Assembly (NCBI GenBank): GCA_964035545.1
Contig: OZ037767.1
Location: 13,811,801-13,875,800 of the forward strand
Source: Bugula neritina
Lineage: Eukaryota > Animalia > Bryozoa
DNA: 64,000 nucleotides
Direction: 5' to 3'
Below are positions 39,942 through 64,000 of the stretch, piece after piece. Numbering within the stretch: position 1 is the first letter of the stretch; every line of letters starts with the position of its first letter. The position numbers and the translations under genes were made by a program. Under the pieces are notes generated by a model. It was given only the letters and a program-made list of their open reading frames with translations. It searched no databases and was not told the DNA's origin.

Positions 39942-42222
39942 TTACTATTAGTATTACTATTAGTATTAACGTTAGGCCTACTAGTCAAGCTACCGTTTCC
40001 TTTTGTGATTTTCAAATTAGCTCAAAGTTTGATTTAAAATATAATGATAAAATCTTTATCACATTATGCAGGCTTACAGTTACTGTCAAAACTCAATTGG
40101 TAATCCTATTTATATTGATAAAAGCATCACCTATAACCAAATTGAAATGGTAAATGTGATTAAATGTAAATGAGTATAATGATGAAATATTAATGTGAGT
40201 TCATATTGATTCTATAGTTGACTGACTTAGTTCTTCAGTAAGTTACTTTTAGTCTTATTTAGTGAGTAGTAACACTAACTGAATGCATAAATAGTCTAAA
40301 CTTTTTAATTTTATTATAAAGGATGAGCAAAAGTTTATTCATATTTTAAAGTAATTTATTGAATTCAAATTGATTTCATAGTAAATGTCTTTAATATATT
40401 CAGTTGCATTTAGCTAGCTTTTTTACTCAATTAAATGCCTGAGTGGTTAATAGTTATCGAAAGACATTGCTTCAAAATTGCCAATTGCAGATATGCTAGA
40501 TATTCAAGTGCATAATGTGTAATTTTACTGATAATACTATGTTAATATAGAACAATACGATATTCTGTACATTTTAGAAAGTGGGCTTATGAGAACATTA
40601 GAGTGAAGACTTATACCTACACAACTCTACTACCTATCAATCTAACACTCCTAATGTAGACACTCTGAATTTTGGCTTGCAAGGTTATGGCTTGTGCTTA
40701 TTTCATTCATAAAAAGGTTTGCAGTCTTTTAATGATGTGCTTAAAAATTTTCAACAATTTTTTTAATTTAAATTGTTCTGTTTAAATGTTGATAAAATGC
40801 AGGATGACAATTAACTGCTGCCATAATAGTACCACAAGACTGTTTAACCAACTAATTTTTTATAATATAACTGCGTATAGTTTCTAATCAAGCTACCGTT
40901 TTCTTTTGTTATTTAAAAAAGTCAACATTGTACTTGCAGCTCTGAAATAGACAATAGATGGGTAGATTGGCAGAATAGATGTCAAGTAGCGGCATCTATA
41001 ATTGCTAGAAAATCAGCTGATGATAGTGATGAAGCTTTTGCCACATACATGATGTTATGTGTCCATACTCTGTAAACTCATATTATGAAGACCAAGGAAG
41101 TAGAAAGATGAAAAGTGCCTTTTTTGCAAAAACCGTAGAAGCTACCTAATTTTCTTTTCTTGATAAGAGTTAATTCAAGCATAATGGTTGTATCCAGGCT
41201 CGATTTGTTACTGCATTTAATTAGTTTTTTTAAAATAATGTATTTGATGTTTTAAATGTGAATATTAATGCCTAATAAAACTCAAAAGTTCTAATCGCTG
41301 ATTTTATGTTTATATTTTCAACATCAATTGCTAAATTTAATTGCCGTTAGAGATTATAAAGATATTTATGAATGAATCTCGAATGATCTCATAATAGTCA
41401 AATGATTTTCTCATAAGTGTTCTACTCATTAAGCAATAACTATGAAACAGCACAGCTCAATAGCTGCAGTTTGATATATTACACAATATATTAGAGGAGA
41501 GGAAGATATTCAATGTATAACAGGAAGCAGCTGCCATTTTGTTTTATATGACTTCCTGCTAACTTAGATGCCCAATTTAAATATCTCAACACACAAATTT
41601 GCTGAAACATCCTCCTCTATGCTGGAATTGTTGAACCTTTCAATCATTAAACAAAGTAAAAAGCAAATTGACAAATAAATTAGACAAAAAGTTTGGCGGC
41701 CATATTTGACCTAATTTTATGTTGAGGCAGCATGAAATTTAGTTTAACAGAAAGCCCAAACTTTCACAATTATTTTGATACCAAATTTGTCACTATTCCT
41801 ATTATACAAAGACCCGTTGCTAAGGCTTGTAAATTGTAAACAAATAATTCTCAATTTATTCTAGAGTTGCCAACTTTAAACGCGATTTTCTCGAAACAGT
41901 AATTTAGAAATTCTAAAAACGTTAAAGTTTTTAAATACTGATATCTCGAGTTCTATTTATGCTAGAGACTTCAAATAAAGTGCAAAATGTTCAAAAAAGT
42001 CTGCTCTATCACTCTATAGTAATAACTAAGTTTTCAACATTTTATATACATCCCTTGCTTTGTGGTGCCAGGTCACATATATACATGACTATGTGCCTTG
42101 CAGTCCAGTGTCTTATCTGTTTCTCATTTTTCAACATGTATGAAGGTACAGTAATAGTGATAATAAAACTCTTGTTCTGAAAGTAATAAAGCGAGTCTCC
42201 TGTAGTTGAGGAATCCGCTAGA

Positions 42223-63495
<21,273 letters not shown>

Positions 63496-64000
63496 GTAAG
63501 TGTATTCTCACAGTGTACTTCACGCTGTAAGATGTTGCTGCCGTTACTTGTTAATAACCTTTACACAGTTTACGAAGCTGACCATTCTATCTAAAATCAG
63601 TTATTGGTCTAACAATGGGAAGAAAATATATGTCATCACTTTGTAACCAGGCTTGCGATTGGCTGAACTATTTTCAGCTAGATTTTATAAGTGCTACTTC
63701 ATTTTTATATTAACTAATATATTTATCTTGACATATATTTTCTTCATTGTTCTAAGCTATGCTTTGGAAAAATAATGGTGTTTTTATCAGCAGTTCACAG
63801 TTTGATGCTTGTTTAATGCTCAAAAGTTACCAATTGTGTAATAAATGGTGTTGGTATTGCTGGGGTACCTCTAGCTTCTATTGTTATGTTTATCTTATCG
63901 CTTAGCATTGGGCCACAAAGTTACGTCAGCTAAGTTGGTTAAAGGGGCTCATTTGGCATATGGAAGGGAAATGTTATTTTAAATCTTATTCCTGCTAAAT

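Overview
AT-rich, repeat-rich eukaryotic (invertebrate animal-type) genomic DNA with spliced genes, so most of the supplied ORF track is spurious. Walking GT/AG boundaries and checking reading-frame phase gives three + strand genes. (1) About 1-21758: a 5'-incomplete or internally initiated scaffold gene. It has a long disordered, pTyr-motif-rich N-terminus and a highly degenerate PEAK-family (PEAK1/PRAG1/PEAK3-like) SHED-pseudokinase C-terminus. (2) 30679-32981: a two-coding-exon GT31 beta-1,3-galactosyltransferase-like type II membrane protein. (3) 42223->63495: a classical calpain (N-terminal extension, CysPc with intact C/H/N triad, C2-like domain, penta-EF) that runs off the window. The calpain carries the most unusual RNA-processing features: a clear U12 (minor spliceosome) intron holding a young SINE, several frame-preserving candidate microexons (9, 27, 27 and 36 nt), and a 31-bp minisatellite that has multiplied a splice donor eight times. 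Also present are a 5'-truncated CR1/L2-group LINE, two tRNA-derived repeat families, several MITE families (one nested in a SINE), a perfect 94-bp palindrome and many micro/minisatellites. There are no CRISPR arrays, rRNA genes or convincing functional tRNA genes. All family assignments are by eye, without database searches.
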